A DNA stretch of 64,000 nt from an uncultured Flavobacteriaceae bacterium (GTDB lineage Bacteria > Bacteroidota > Bacteroidia > Flavobacteriales > Flavobacteriaceae), in NCBI GenBank assembly GCA_937890575.1, contig CALADZ010000098.1, forward strand, positions 5,594 through 69,593, in the 5' to 3' direction. A program made the translations under genes and the position numbers. The notes under the pieces are model-generated. The model was not told the origin of the DNA, searched no databases, and saw only the letters and a program-made list of their open reading frames with translations. The stretch's first letter is position 1. Each line of letters starts with the position of its first letter. Below, piece by piece: positions 40,106 through 49,037 of this stretch.

Positions 40106-41007
40106 TGTACCCCCATATGGAACGATCCATCGCGCTGAATCACGGAGATCTATCCATAACCGTATTGAGTTTTGGTGCCATTTTACATCGATTTACCTAC
40201 AAAGGGAAAAACTTAATCATCAGTCTAGACGATGAAGCTAGTTACCGCAATGACCCTTGGCATACGGGAGCAGTGATCGGAAGGCATGCTGGAAGAATCA
40301 ACTCAAAGGGTGAATTGGGGGGGGAACCTATTAGCTTGGAAAGCACTGACTATTTTCAATTGCATGGAGGATCTGCAGGATTTTCTAAAAAAGATTGGGT
40401 ATTTACCGAAGTGGGCACACTGCCCTACCCCTATGTCACTTTGAGTTTACTCAGTGGTGATGGGGATTCAGGATTTCCTGGAAACCTACAGGTTTCCCTT
40501 ACGTATACCCTGAAAGAAAACCAACTAGAACTAAGGTACCAAGCAGAAACAGACCAATCGACTTGGGTGAATCTCACCAACCATACCTATTTTCAGTGGG
40601 ATCGTACTCCTTTTTTGAACCGACTGATTTTTGAAATACCTGCGTACGGCATTTTAGCGACGGACGAACAACTTTTGCCGACAGGAGCCATTATTCCCAT
40701 TAGTCAAACGGATATGAATTTTAATCAACCATGTGTATTGGGTCATAAAAGACTCGATCACGTCTATATGCTTGAGGACTCTACAGTTAAACCGGTTAGG
40801 GTTATTGATCCGTTAACTTCACTGGGAATGGAGATGTGGACAGATCAACCCAGTGTCGTTGTTTTTACTCCTGAATCGAGAAATTCATTTTGCTTAGAGG
40901 CCCAGAGGCCTCCTAATGCTCCAAGTTTTCCAAATCTTGGTTCTGTAGCACTTCATCCACACGAAGTTTATTCCCAAACCACCTCCTACCGGATCTTTGA
41001 TTTATAG
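40105..41007 (+). CDS. aldose 1-epimerase family protein
   Basis: QLHGGSAGF and LTNHTYFQ motifs. Has a 1-nt (TGATG) overlap with msrA. Confidence 0.8.
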   Translation: MYPHMERSIALNHGDLSITVLSFGAILHRFTYKGKNLIISLDDEASYRNDPWHTGAVIGRHAGRINSKGELGGEPISLESTDYFQLHGGSAGFSKKDWVFTEVGTLPYPYVTLSLLSGDGDSGFPGNLQVSLTYTLKENQLELRYQAETDQSTWVNLTNHTYFQWDRTPFLNRLIFEIPAYGILATDEQLLPTGAIIPISQTDMNFNQPCVLGHKRLDHVYMLEDSTVKPVRVIDPLTSLGMEMWTDQPSVVVFTPESRNSFCLEAQRPPNAPSFPNLGSVALHPHEVYSQTTSYRIFDL

Positions 41008-41023
41008 ACCGGGAATATTTGCC

Positions 41024-41031
41024 TATTTTTG
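41024..41031 (+). promoter_or_regulatory. putative -7 box (TATTTTTG) for the GT2/flippase-like operon
   Basis: Exact TAnnTTTG, 18 nt before ATG 41050. Confidence 0.45.
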
Positions 41032-41049
41032 TCTCCTAATTATCCCATT

Positions 41050-42006
41050 ATGGATCCTGTTACCTCAGATTTACTCTCCATCGTCGTCCCCCTATACAAC
41101 GAACAAGACAACGTAGTCTTACTGACAAAAAAAATCCATGAGGCACTTCCGGGTTATCACTACGAAATTATTTATGTCGATGATTTTTCTACAGATGATA
41201 CTAGAAAACGCATCGACCAAATGCAGGATCAATCAGTCCAACTCATTCATTTGAAAAAAAACTATGGACAGAGCTTAGCCCTAGCTGCTGGTATTGATGT
41301 AGCACAAGGACGCTATATCATCACCATGGATGGAGACTTACAAAATGATCCCACGGATATTCCCATGATGTTGGACCAAGCGGTGAATCACGGCTTTGAT
41401 CTAGTAACAGGTATCCGACAAAAAAGACAAGACAGTTGGGTAAAAACCATTCCCTCAAAAATCGCCAATTTCCTGGTGCGCAGGGTAACTAAACTCGATA
41501 TTAAAGACAATGGGTGTGCTCTAAAAGTATTTGATAAAGACATTGCTAAAGACCTAAATCTATATGGGGAAATGCACCGATTTATCACGCTTTTGGCATT
41601 TTTAGAAGGGGCGCAAATCAAACAAGTACCCGTAAAACACCACGCTCGACATGCAGGCACCTCAAAATATGGTCTGGAGCGCGTATTTAAAGTGATTGCT
41701 GACATGATGCTTTTACTGTTTATTCGCAAATATTTTCAACGCCCCATTCACCTATTTGGGATATTTGGTGTATTGCTAATGATTTTAGGGGGAATAGCCA
41801 ATATCTATTTATTAGTTATTAAACTCTCTGGTGAACAAATTGGAGATCGACCATTATTAACCCTGGCCATGATGTTGATACTAGCAGGAATACAATTATT
41901 TACCATTGGGATTGTCATGGAATTACTGATTCGCACCTATTACGAATCTCAACAAAAAAGACCGTACCGCATCAAAAAGATCAGCAAAGGTGGCCAAGTT
42001 CAATAA
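41050..42006 (+). CDS. GT2 polyprenyl-phosphate glycosyltransferase (ArnC/GtrB-like)
   Basis: LSIVVPLYNEQDNV, ITMDGDLQNDP and two C-terminal TM helices. ATG 41050; the ORF-track TTG 41029 lies inside a -7 box. Confidence 0.85.
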   Translation: MDPVTSDLLSIVVPLYNEQDNVVLLTKKIHEALPGYHYEIIYVDDFSTDDTRKRIDQMQDQSVQLIHLKKNYGQSLALAAGIDVAQGRYIITMDGDLQNDPTDIPMMLDQAVNHGFDLVTGIRQKRQDSWVKTIPSKIANFLVRRVTKLDIKDNGCALKVFDKDIAKDLNLYGEMHRFITLLAFLEGAQIKQVPVKHHARHAGTSKYGLERVFKVIADMMLLLFIRKYFQRPIHLFGIFGVLLMILGGIANIYLLVIKLSGEQIGDRPLLTLAMMLILAGIQLFTIGIVMELLIRTYYESQQKRPYRIKKISKGGQVQ

Positions 42007-42919
42007 AAACCTGCTCACAGTACTCAAAGTCCTTTTTAGCGGAATCCTGCTTTATCTTTTATTTTCAAAAGTTCCATTTAGTGACATTTGGGAGTTGTGG
42101 ATTGACTCCAACCCCCTTTGGCTATTTGGTGCATTAGTGCTCTTTACCGCCTCAAAATGGATATCACTCCTCAGGCTTCACCTGTTGATGAATTGGTTAG
42201 GGTTAAACTGGACTTTCCCCCAACAAGCTAGGTTATACTTGTTGGGCATGTTTTATAACCTATTTTTACCAGGGGGAATAGGCGGTGATGGATACAAAGC
42301 TTTTATCTACCAGAAAACATCAGTACTGAGCCTAAAAAAGGGACTTTCTGCACTTTTACTGGATAGGATTTCAGGAGTTTGGGCCCTGGCTGTTTGGGTG
42401 GTGATTCTAGCCGCATTTGTTGTTGAATTGCCTTTTTATGAACGTCCTTGGATGTATGTCATCGCAGGGATTTTAGGGAGCATTGGGTACGGACTACTGG
42501 TGTATCTATTATTTAAGAATACCTGGGGCAATTTCTGGAAGGGTAGTTTATTATCGCTGGGGGTTCAAGGTGCTCAGCTACTTTCGGCCTTATTTTTGCT
42601 TTGGTCGCTTCATGCAGAACAAGACATTCTCGGCTATTTGGTCGTGTTTTTAATTTCTTCCGTCGCTGCCGTATTGCCACTCACGATTGGGGGTATGGGC
42701 AGTAGGGAAATCACTTTTTACTACGGATCCTTGTGGTTGGGTTTAGATCAAACCATTTCTCTGGGAATCAGTTTATTGTTTTTTGCCTTGACTGCTTTGG
42801 TTTCTTTTACAGGTGTATACTACCATTTTCGCCAACCTATTTGGGCAATTACTGATCCGGCGACACCCAAACCAAATAGCGATGGGACAACTGTAGATCA
42901 CGGGTCTTTGGATGAATAA
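41990..42919 (+). CDS. UPF0104 / lysyl-PG-synthase-TM-like (flippase-like) membrane protein
   Basis: About 8 TM segments and FLPGGIGGDGYKAF. The GTG start overlaps GT2 by 17 nt. Confidence 0.7.
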   Translation: MAKFNKNLLTVLKVLFSGILLYLLFSKVPFSDIWELWIDSNPLWLFGALVLFTASKWISLLRLHLLMNWLGLNWTFPQQARLYLLGMFYNLFLPGGIGGDGYKAFIYQKTSVLSLKKGLSALLLDRISGVWALAVWVVILAAFVVELPFYERPWMYVIAGILGSIGYGLLVYLLFKNTWGNFWKGSLLSLGVQGAQLLSALFLLWSLHAEQDILGYLVVFLISSVAAVLPLTIGGMGSREITFYYGSLWLGLDQTISLGISLLFFALTALVSFTGVYYHFRQPIWAITDPATPKPNSDGTTVDHGSLDE

Positions 42920-44468
42920 AACTCCAGTTAAGACGGGTAATTCTGTAATGCGGAGATTTTTTAATCAAGGTCCAGGAACGTGTAGAATCCTTCAATAATA
43001 CGCTTGGATCATCATCCAAATAAAGCCAACCTGCTGATATGGATTCAAGCTCTTGTTTATCCATTTTTTGCAAAGGTTGGTGGGTGTAAAAATCCATAGA
43101 CCAGGTGTACTGATCATCGAGTTTGTAAATGGGGGCATCTATTTTACCTACACGGTCTTTATGCCAAGCTTTTGCTAAACTGATCCCTGACTGATATTCC
43201 AGTAGTTTTGGATAAAAAAATACATGCATCAACAGATAAATTCCGCCAAAAATTACCCCGGTATATCGCCATATCATACCTGAGGGAGAACGCCATAGCT
43301 TAGGTAGAGCTACAACACCTACTAACGCAACCCAGACACCTAAATGACTGCCATTTCCAAAGGCCCAAACTAAAACGCCACTAAATACCAACGCTAAAGT
43401 CAACAGTGTTTTCTGCGCAATTACCCAGTGCCTCTTTTGAGCCAATACAGAAAGGTATGGAGCAGTTAAGACAGCCCATAGGGGTAGTGTGCCGTTGAGG
43501 TAGTGAGGCAATTTAAATTGAGCGAAACTGATCAATACCATGATTGCTGTCACCCCGATATAGGTCATTGACTCCGGTTGCTTTCGGGCGGATTTGATCT
43601 GCTTCCAACGACTTGCCCATGCGTAACATCCCGCTAGCGTCCAGGGCATAAATACCCACAAAAATGTATGGAAAAAAAACAAGTAATCTGGGCTATTGGT
43701 ACCCATACCCGTACCACTCATCCGTTCAAAACTTTGTTCCCAAAGGATGAAAAAGACACCGCTGCGTTGATCGACACCGCGAATGACCAATTCGGGATGT
43801 AAGTCAAATTGAAGATAGTAGGCATACAAGACCGGACTAATTCCCAAGGCAAATACCCCTAGGGCAATCACTGCGGGCCATCTGAATAACAGAGGCCATT
43901 TTTTTGAATGCCACAATTGCGCTAGTACGGGCAAACCAACCAATACCAAACCAAGTTGCCCTTTAGCTGAAAAAGCTAAGGCGGTGGCCAGAGCACCCCA
44001 AAACAAATTATTCCATCGCTCGTTGGTGAGGTAATCGGCAAACTGCCATAATGCCCAAGCTACTGCAGCAGTCAGCACCGCATCGGTACGCACATCCATA
44101 GAGGCCAATACGATGCTGTAGGTGGACAAAAAAATAATGGCTGCCCATCTAGCAACGTGTTTGGGTTGACTCAGTAGTGACCACCTGTACACACTGTATC
44201 CCCCGAGCCATAGAGAAATCACTGCGGGTAATCTATAGGCCCAATGGTGGAGTCCGAATAGCTTCATCGACCAAGCTGAAAGCCAAAAATGAAGATGAGG
44301 TTTGTCCAGATAGGGTTCTGTCCCCTTGTATAAAGACCAAAAATCATTTTCTAAAATCATGCGTTGAGCCATGACTGCAAATTGAGCCGCATCGTTTTCC
44401 ATCAAGGGAACCGACAGGCCAAAGGCCATGGCAACAGCCATCAATAATAGTAGAATACGATCTGTCAT
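42849..44468 (-). CDS. ArnT/PMT-like GT-C glycosyltransferase
   Basis: 539 aa, polytopic, with MENDAAQFAVMAQRM and EPYLDKPHLHFWL in the first loop region. Confidence 0.8.
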   Translation of the reverse strand: MTDRILLLLMAVAMAFGLSVPLMENDAAQFAVMAQRMILENDFWSLYKGTEPYLDKPHLHFWLSAWSMKLFGLHHWAYRLPAVISLWLGGYSVYRWSLLSQPKHVARWAAIIFLSTYSIVLASMDVRTDAVLTAAVAWALWQFADYLTNERWNNLFWGALATALAFSAKGQLGLVLVGLPVLAQLWHSKKWPLLFRWPAVIALGVFALGISPVLYAYYLQFDLHPELVIRGVDQRSGVFFILWEQSFERMSGTGMGTNSPDYLFFFHTFLWVFMPWTLAGCYAWASRWKQIKSARKQPESMTYIGVTAIMVLISFAQFKLPHYLNGTLPLWAVLTAPYLSVLAQKRHWVIAQKTLLTLALVFSGVLVWAFGNGSHLGVWVALVGVVALPKLWRSPSGMIWRYTGVIFGGIYLLMHVFFYPKLLEYQSGISLAKAWHKDRVGKIDAPIYKLDDQYTWSMDFYTHQPLQKMDKQELESISAGWLYLDDDPSVLLKDSTRSWTLIKKSPHYRITRLNWSFIHPKTRDLQLSHRYLVWVSPDQ

Positions 44469-45046
44469 GCTTTACCTTTTGTAAACCATTTTAGGGTTAA
44501 CTGATACACCAGCCAACCATAAAATAGACCGACCAACATACCAAAAAGCACATCAGTTGGATAATGCACCCCAATAACTACTCGGGAAAGGGAAACTAAT
44601 GCCGCCCAAAAAAGCAGCCCTATTCTAGCTGTGTTTACCCAAAAAGTATTCGGGGCATATTGACCTATCAGGAGGTAAAAGAAGAAAAAAAGGCCAAAAT
44701 TATTGGATGCATGCGCAGAAAAGAAACCAAATGATCCCCCGCAATTATCCTTGAGTAATTGAAGTGTTCCCTCAAGTTCAGGTTCATGACAAGGTCTTAA
44801 ACGCCCTACACCTTGTTTAAAAAACTGAGAAGTTTGGTCGCTGAGCAAAATTAGAAAGCCCACCATACCCAGCACTTGGGCCCTTTTGACTAGGGTAAAT
44901 CGATAACCTATCCAAACGAGTAAAGCTGTGTAGATGGGAAAACTCCAGGGCGTATACGAAACACCTACCCAAAAGCCATTCCATTCAGGGCTACCCCATC
45001 CGTTAATGGCCCACAGCAGCTGCTTTTCCCAATGCCAAAAATCCAT
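44465..45046 (-). CDS. PAP2-family lipid phosphatase
   Basis: KQGVGRLRP (KX6RP), SAH, and SRVVIGVHYPTD (SRX5HX3D). Confidence 0.85.
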   Translation of the reverse strand: MDFWHWEKQLLWAINGWGSPEWNGFWVGVSYTPWSFPIYTALLVWIGYRFTLVKRAQVLGMVGFLILLSDQTSQFFKQGVGRLRPCHEPELEGTLQLLKDNCGGSFGFFSAHASNNFGLFFFFYLLIGQYAPNTFWVNTARIGLLFWAALVSLSRVVIGVHYPTDVLFGMLVGLFYGWLVYQLTLKWFTKGKA

Positions 45047-45049
45047 GAT

Positions 45050-45295
45050 TTAATCCTCTTGTTCGTCCTCTTCGTCGTAGCGATCAATTTCGCGATCATA
45101 AAAAGCAGTAGCTTCCTCAATCAGTTTCAAGGTCTCTGTCTCCAATTGTTCTTCATCTTCAGGATCAAATTCCTCCAACCATTCGATATCATCGTCGGCT
45201 AGATTCAAAATAAATCGTGGATATTCCGTGTGAACGACATAAATAGCATCGGGAAAATCAGTATTGTCTCCTAAAATAAACTTGGGTAATTCCAT
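45050..45295 (-). CDS. hypothetical 81-aa highly acidic protein
   Basis: ORF packed between the MATE gene (10-nt gap) and the PAP2 gene (3-nt gap). The C-terminal third is almost entirely D/E. Confidence 0.55.
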   Translation of the reverse strand: MELPKFILGDNTDFPDAIYVVHTEYPRFILNLADDDIEWLEEFDPEDEEQLETETLKLIEEATAFYDREIDRYDEEDEQED

Positions 45296-45305
45296 ATCTT
45301 CTGTA

Positions 45306-46679
45306 TTAGTGGTTATCGGTAATCAGTTTTTTGGTCAAATATTGAAATCTAAGGTAGAGCATTCCTGCGGAAGCGGTTAGTCCTGCTAAAAGCCCAATCC
45401 AAATTCCCGTAGAGCCCAAATCAGTGCGAAGCCCTAAATAAAAACAAAGTGGAAATCCAATAGCCCAATAGGCAATGGCCGTAATCACGGTGGGGACAAC
45501 GACGTCTTGTAAACCCCTTAAGGCCCCCAATACGACTACTTGTAACCCATCAGAAATTTGAAAAAATGCGGCTACCAGTAACAATTGAGCGGCTATGCTG
45601 ATCACTTCAGCGTTGTCTACTGCATTTTTAAGGTCTTCGACATTCAAGTAAATCGTGGGAAATAGATGTCTTCCCAACATAAATAGTCCCGCAAAAACAA
45701 CTTCCAAAAGCAAAGTCAACAGAAAAATTGACTGAGCAATACGCCTTAAATTGATGTAGTCCTTTAAGCCTTTCTGGTTTCCCACACGAATCATAGCAGC
45801 TACACCAAGCCCCATACCAACCATAAACGTCATGCTTGATAAATTAAGTGCAATTTGATTGGCTGCCTGAGCATTTTTCCCGAGCACACCACTGAGCCAA
45901 ATCGCTGCAGTGAACAACGCAACTTCAAAAAACATTTGCATGGCTGAGGGGAAACCCAATTGTATAATTTTTTTTAGCTTGGCAAAATCGACGATGCGCC
46001 AATTAAATCGCAGTACATAGTAATTCATCGATTTATCCTGAGCCAACAAATACCAGAGTAAAAACACCATGACTACCCTAGATACCAAGGTTCCTACGGC
46101 GGCACCAACTATTCCCCAAGTTGGGGCGCCAAACTTTCCGAAAATAAACAGATAGTTCAATACAATATTGACAAGGTTACCTACAACGGTAGCATACATC
46201 GGATATTTAGTGCGGGACATGCCCTCAGAAAATTGTTTGAACGCCTGGAATATAACTAAGGGAACTAAGGAAAAAGCTACAAGATCTAGATAGGGCAACG
46301 CTAAAGCAACTACTTCCTCTGGTTGTTCCATGCGGTACATCAAAGGCTTGGCCCACAGAATCATCGCAAACAAACTAAATCCTAATGCAGAACAAAGGAT
46401 TAATCCATGTTTTAATGCGGATTTGCCTGAGGCACTGTCCTGCGCACCATCGGCTTCAGCCACCAAAGGGGTAATCGCAGTTGAAAAGCCAATACCCAAT
46501 GACATAGCGATAAAAACAAAACTATTTCCCAGCGAAACCGCTGCCAATTCTGCTGTTCCCAATTGACCCACCATGATATTATCGGCAAATGCGACAAATG
46601 TGTGCCCCAATAATCCTAAAATGACAGGAAAAGAAAGCTTCAGGTTATAGGCAAATTCCTTGGTGTACTTGGTCAACAA
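45306..46679 (-). CDS. MATE-family efflux transporter
   Basis: 457 aa with a 12-TM pattern and typical MATE N-terminus LKLSFPVILG. TTG start. Confidence 0.88.
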   Translation of the reverse strand: MLTKYTKEFAYNLKLSFPVILGLLGHTFVAFADNIMVGQLGTAELAAVSLGNSFVFIAMSLGIGFSTAITPLVAEADGAQDSASGKSALKHGLILCSALGFSLFAMILWAKPLMYRMEQPEEVVALALPYLDLVAFSLVPLVIFQAFKQFSEGMSRTKYPMYATVVGNLVNIVLNYLFIFGKFGAPTWGIVGAAVGTLVSRVVMVFLLWYLLAQDKSMNYYVLRFNWRIVDFAKLKKIIQLGFPSAMQMFFEVALFTAAIWLSGVLGKNAQAANQIALNLSSMTFMVGMGLGVAAMIRVGNQKGLKDYINLRRIAQSIFLLTLLLEVVFAGLFMLGRHLFPTIYLNVEDLKNAVDNAEVISIAAQLLLVAAFFQISDGLQVVVLGALRGLQDVVVPTVITAIAYWAIGFPLCFYLGLRTDLGSTGIWIGLLAGLTASAGMLYLRFQYLTKKLITDNH

Positions 46680-46731
46680 ATTGTATCGATTTAAAGTGCT
46701 AAGATAAAGGATTAGATGGGTCTGGACTCAA

Positions 46732-47499
46732 CTATTTGGCTTGCTGCCACAATGACTCTAATTCCTCAAGAGTATAAGACGACCAAGTTCGTTGTTGTGC
46801 GCTCATGGAGGCTTCCATATGCGCAAATCGTTGGATAAATTTTTTATTGGTTCTTTCGAGTGAACTTTCAGGGTCTATTCCTTGAAACCTGGCATAATTG
46901 ATCAGAGAAAAAAGTACATCCCCAAACTCCTCCTCTGCTTTTTGCTGGTTCTTTTGTTTAACCTCCGACAAAAACTCGGCTATTTCCTCTTCAACCTTAG
47001 ACCAAACTTGGGTCGAATTTTCCCAATCAAAACCAACGCCTGCCGCTTTTTCTTGTATTCTGGTCGCCTTCACAAGGGCAGGAAGACCCTTAGGAACACC
47101 GGCCAACACTCCTTTTTGACCCTCTTTTAGTTTTAATTGTTCCCAATTTCTTTTTACTTCTTGTTCGTCAGCCACAACGACATCACCGTAGATATGGGGG
47201 TGGCGATGTATCAGTTTCTCGCATAATTGATTAATCACGTCGGCAATATCAAACTGCTGCTTTTCACTGCCAATTTTGGCGTAAAAAACTAAATGAAGCA
47301 TCAAGTCACCTACCTCTTTGGCAATTTCCCTGGCATCCCCTTCCAAAATGGCATCAGCCAGTTCATAGGTTTCCTCAATAGTCAATGGACGAAGCGTCTC
47401 AAAGGTTTGTTTTTGATCCCAAGGACATTGAGCCCTGAGTTCATCCATGATGGTTAACAAGCGATCAAACGCCTGGAGCTGACTCGATCTCGGGTTCAT
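46732..47499 (-). CDS. mazG: nucleoside triphosphate pyrophosphohydrolase MazG
   Basis: LTIMDELRAQCPWDQKQT and EETYELADAI motifs. Confidence 0.9.
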   Translation of the reverse strand: MNPRSSQLQAFDRLLTIMDELRAQCPWDQKQTFETLRPLTIEETYELADAILEGDAREIAKEVGDLMLHLVFYAKIGSEKQQFDIADVINQLCEKLIHRHPHIYGDVVVADEQEVKRNWEQLKLKEGQKGVLAGVPKGLPALVKATRIQEKAAGVGFDWENSTQVWSKVEEEIAEFLSEVKQKNQQKAEEEFGDVLFSLINYARFQGIDPESSLERTNKKFIQRFAHMEASMSAQQRTWSSYTLEELESLWQQAK

Positions 47500-47899
47500 C
47501 TGTTTTGATTTGTACTGGTGCGAGCAGGTTTTTTTCTAGCAGCAAGTTGTACCACTGAAGCACTTTCTTGATATCACTTGGATAAACACGGTCTTCGTCA
47601 AAATTGGGGAGTACTTCAAAGAAATAGGCCTCCAAGGCATCTTTATCCGCTTTGTGCGATACAGTAGTAGCGCTGCCATTTTCTTTATCCCAGATTTTTT
47701 GAAATACTTCTTTAAGTGGTACTTCTTCATCTAGGGTATAAATAGCAATTTCATTTAAAACACTGATGTTGTTTTTAAACGCAATACTGATTTTTTTTCC
47801 ATCCAACAAAGACTGTGCAACAAATCCAGCACGAGTTTGTGTGATGATTTCAAAAAGTCCGGGTTTACCTGGAATAGATACAATTTTGTCGAGTTGCAT
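47465..47899 (-). CDS. DUF5606-like conserved hypothetical protein
   Basis: 144 aa. Sits in the def-X-mazG position typical of Bacteroidota, as recalled. The 3' end overlaps mazG by 35 nt. Confidence 0.7.
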   Translation of the reverse strand: MQLDKIVSIPGKPGLFEIITQTRAGFVAQSLLDGKKISIAFKNNISVLNEIAIYTLDEEVPLKEVFQKIWDKENGSATTVSHKADKDALEAYFFEVLPNFDEDRVYPSDIKKVLQWYNLLLEKNLLAPVQIKTDEPEIESAPGV

Positions 47900-47942
47900 A
47901 AATAGAAAATGAATTGAGAATGGGCTTTAGGCCGTTTTTTGA

Positions 47943-48533
47943 TTATTTTTTTGATTTTATACTCGGAAACTTCATGCGGTAACTAGGACTTGCTTTGCCC
48001 TGAGTGATGTCTGTTAGCTTTCTCTGAAGCAAACGTTTTTTTAATGGGGATAATTTATCGATAAACAATACACCCTCAATGTGATCGTACTCGTGTTGAA
48101 TCACACGGGCAATGAGTCCCGTAAATGGTTGCTCGTGGACCACAAACTGTTGATCCTGGTAACGCAAAACTATATGAGGTTTTCTAGATACTTCTTCGTG
48201 AATATCCGGTATACTGAGGCATCCTTCGTTGAATGACCACGGTTCACCATCTTCTTCGATCAACATCGGATTGATCAATACTTTCTTAAACTGTGCGAGT
48301 TCTGTTTGCTCTTCTGCACTGAGTTCCTCATCTTGAGAAAAAGCCTTGGTGTCCACCACAAAAAGTCGAATATTCAACCCTATTTGGGGGGCGGCAAGAC
48401 CTACACCACTGGCGTGGTACATGGTGGCAAACATATTTTCAATCAAAACATCCAGCTCAGGATAGTCGGGTGTTATTTCAGCACATTTTTGGCGCAATAC
48501 TGGATCGCCATATGCAACTATGGGAAGTATCAT
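47943..48533 (-). CDS. def: peptide deformylase
   Basis: GVGLAAPQIG, EGCLSIP and QHEYDHIEG motifs. Confidence 0.95.
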   Translation of the reverse strand: MILPIVAYGDPVLRQKCAEITPDYPELDVLIENMFATMYHASGVGLAAPQIGLNIRLFVVDTKAFSQDEELSAEEQTELAQFKKVLINPMLIEEDGEPWSFNEGCLSIPDIHEEVSRKPHIVLRYQDQQFVVHEQPFTGLIARVIQHEYDHIEGVLFIDKLSPLKKRLLQRKLTDITQGKASPSYRMKFPSIKSKK

Positions 48534-48943
48534 CTTTTTTTAGTTAAGTAGGATTGTAGAATTAGTGTAGCACTTATTTGATCCACTAGGGCTTTATCTT
48601 GGCGTTTAGCTTTTTTAAGCCCTCCATCAATCATGGCTTGTTGAGCCATCATTGAAGTAAACCGTTCATCTTGGCGATCTAAAGGCATCAGAGGGAACAA
48701 AGATTGGAAGCGCTGAATAAAGGCTTGTATTTCGTCTTCTATGGGTCCCGTGGTGTTATCCCACCTTCTGGGGGCGCCCAGAACTACACAGGCAACCGAT
48801 TCTTCGGATAAATACTGCTGTAGAAAAGTCATCAACTCAGGGGTATTCACTGTACACAAACCGGATGCAATCAACTGCAAAGGGTCGGTTACAGCAATGC
48901 CTGTGCGCTTGGTTCCGTAGTCTAAGGCGAGTATTCTGCTCAT
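48530..48943 (-). CDS. ruvX: Holliday junction resolvase-like RuvX (YqgF)
   Basis: ILALDYGTKRTGIAV motif. ATG 48943 is preferred; TTG 48952 lies in a -7 box. Confidence 0.9.
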   Translation of the reverse strand: MSRILALDYGTKRTGIAVTDPLQLIASGLCTVNTPELMTFLQQYLSEESVACVVLGAPRRWDNTTGPIEDEIQAFIQRFQSLFPLMPLDRQDERFTSMMAQQAMIDGGLKKAKRQDKALVDQISATLILQSYLTKKR

Positions 48944-48949
48944 TTTTGA

Positions 48950-48957
48950 CAAAATTA
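48950..48957 (-). promoter_or_regulatory. putative -7 box (TAATTTTG) for ruvX-def
   Basis: Exact TAnnTTTG on the minus strand, 6 nt before ATG 48943. Confidence 0.45.
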
Positions 48958-49010
48958 CAGCTTAATTTGTGATTTGAAGGGATTGGGATGCCAAATAAAA
49001 TATCCTGGTT

Positions 49011-49018
49011 TATATTTG
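49011..49018 (+). promoter_or_regulatory. putative -7 box (TATATTTG) for dapD
   Basis: Exact TAnnTTTG, 19 nt before ATG 49038. Confidence 0.5.
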
Positions 49019-49037
49019 CGCCTCAAAATAACGAGAC

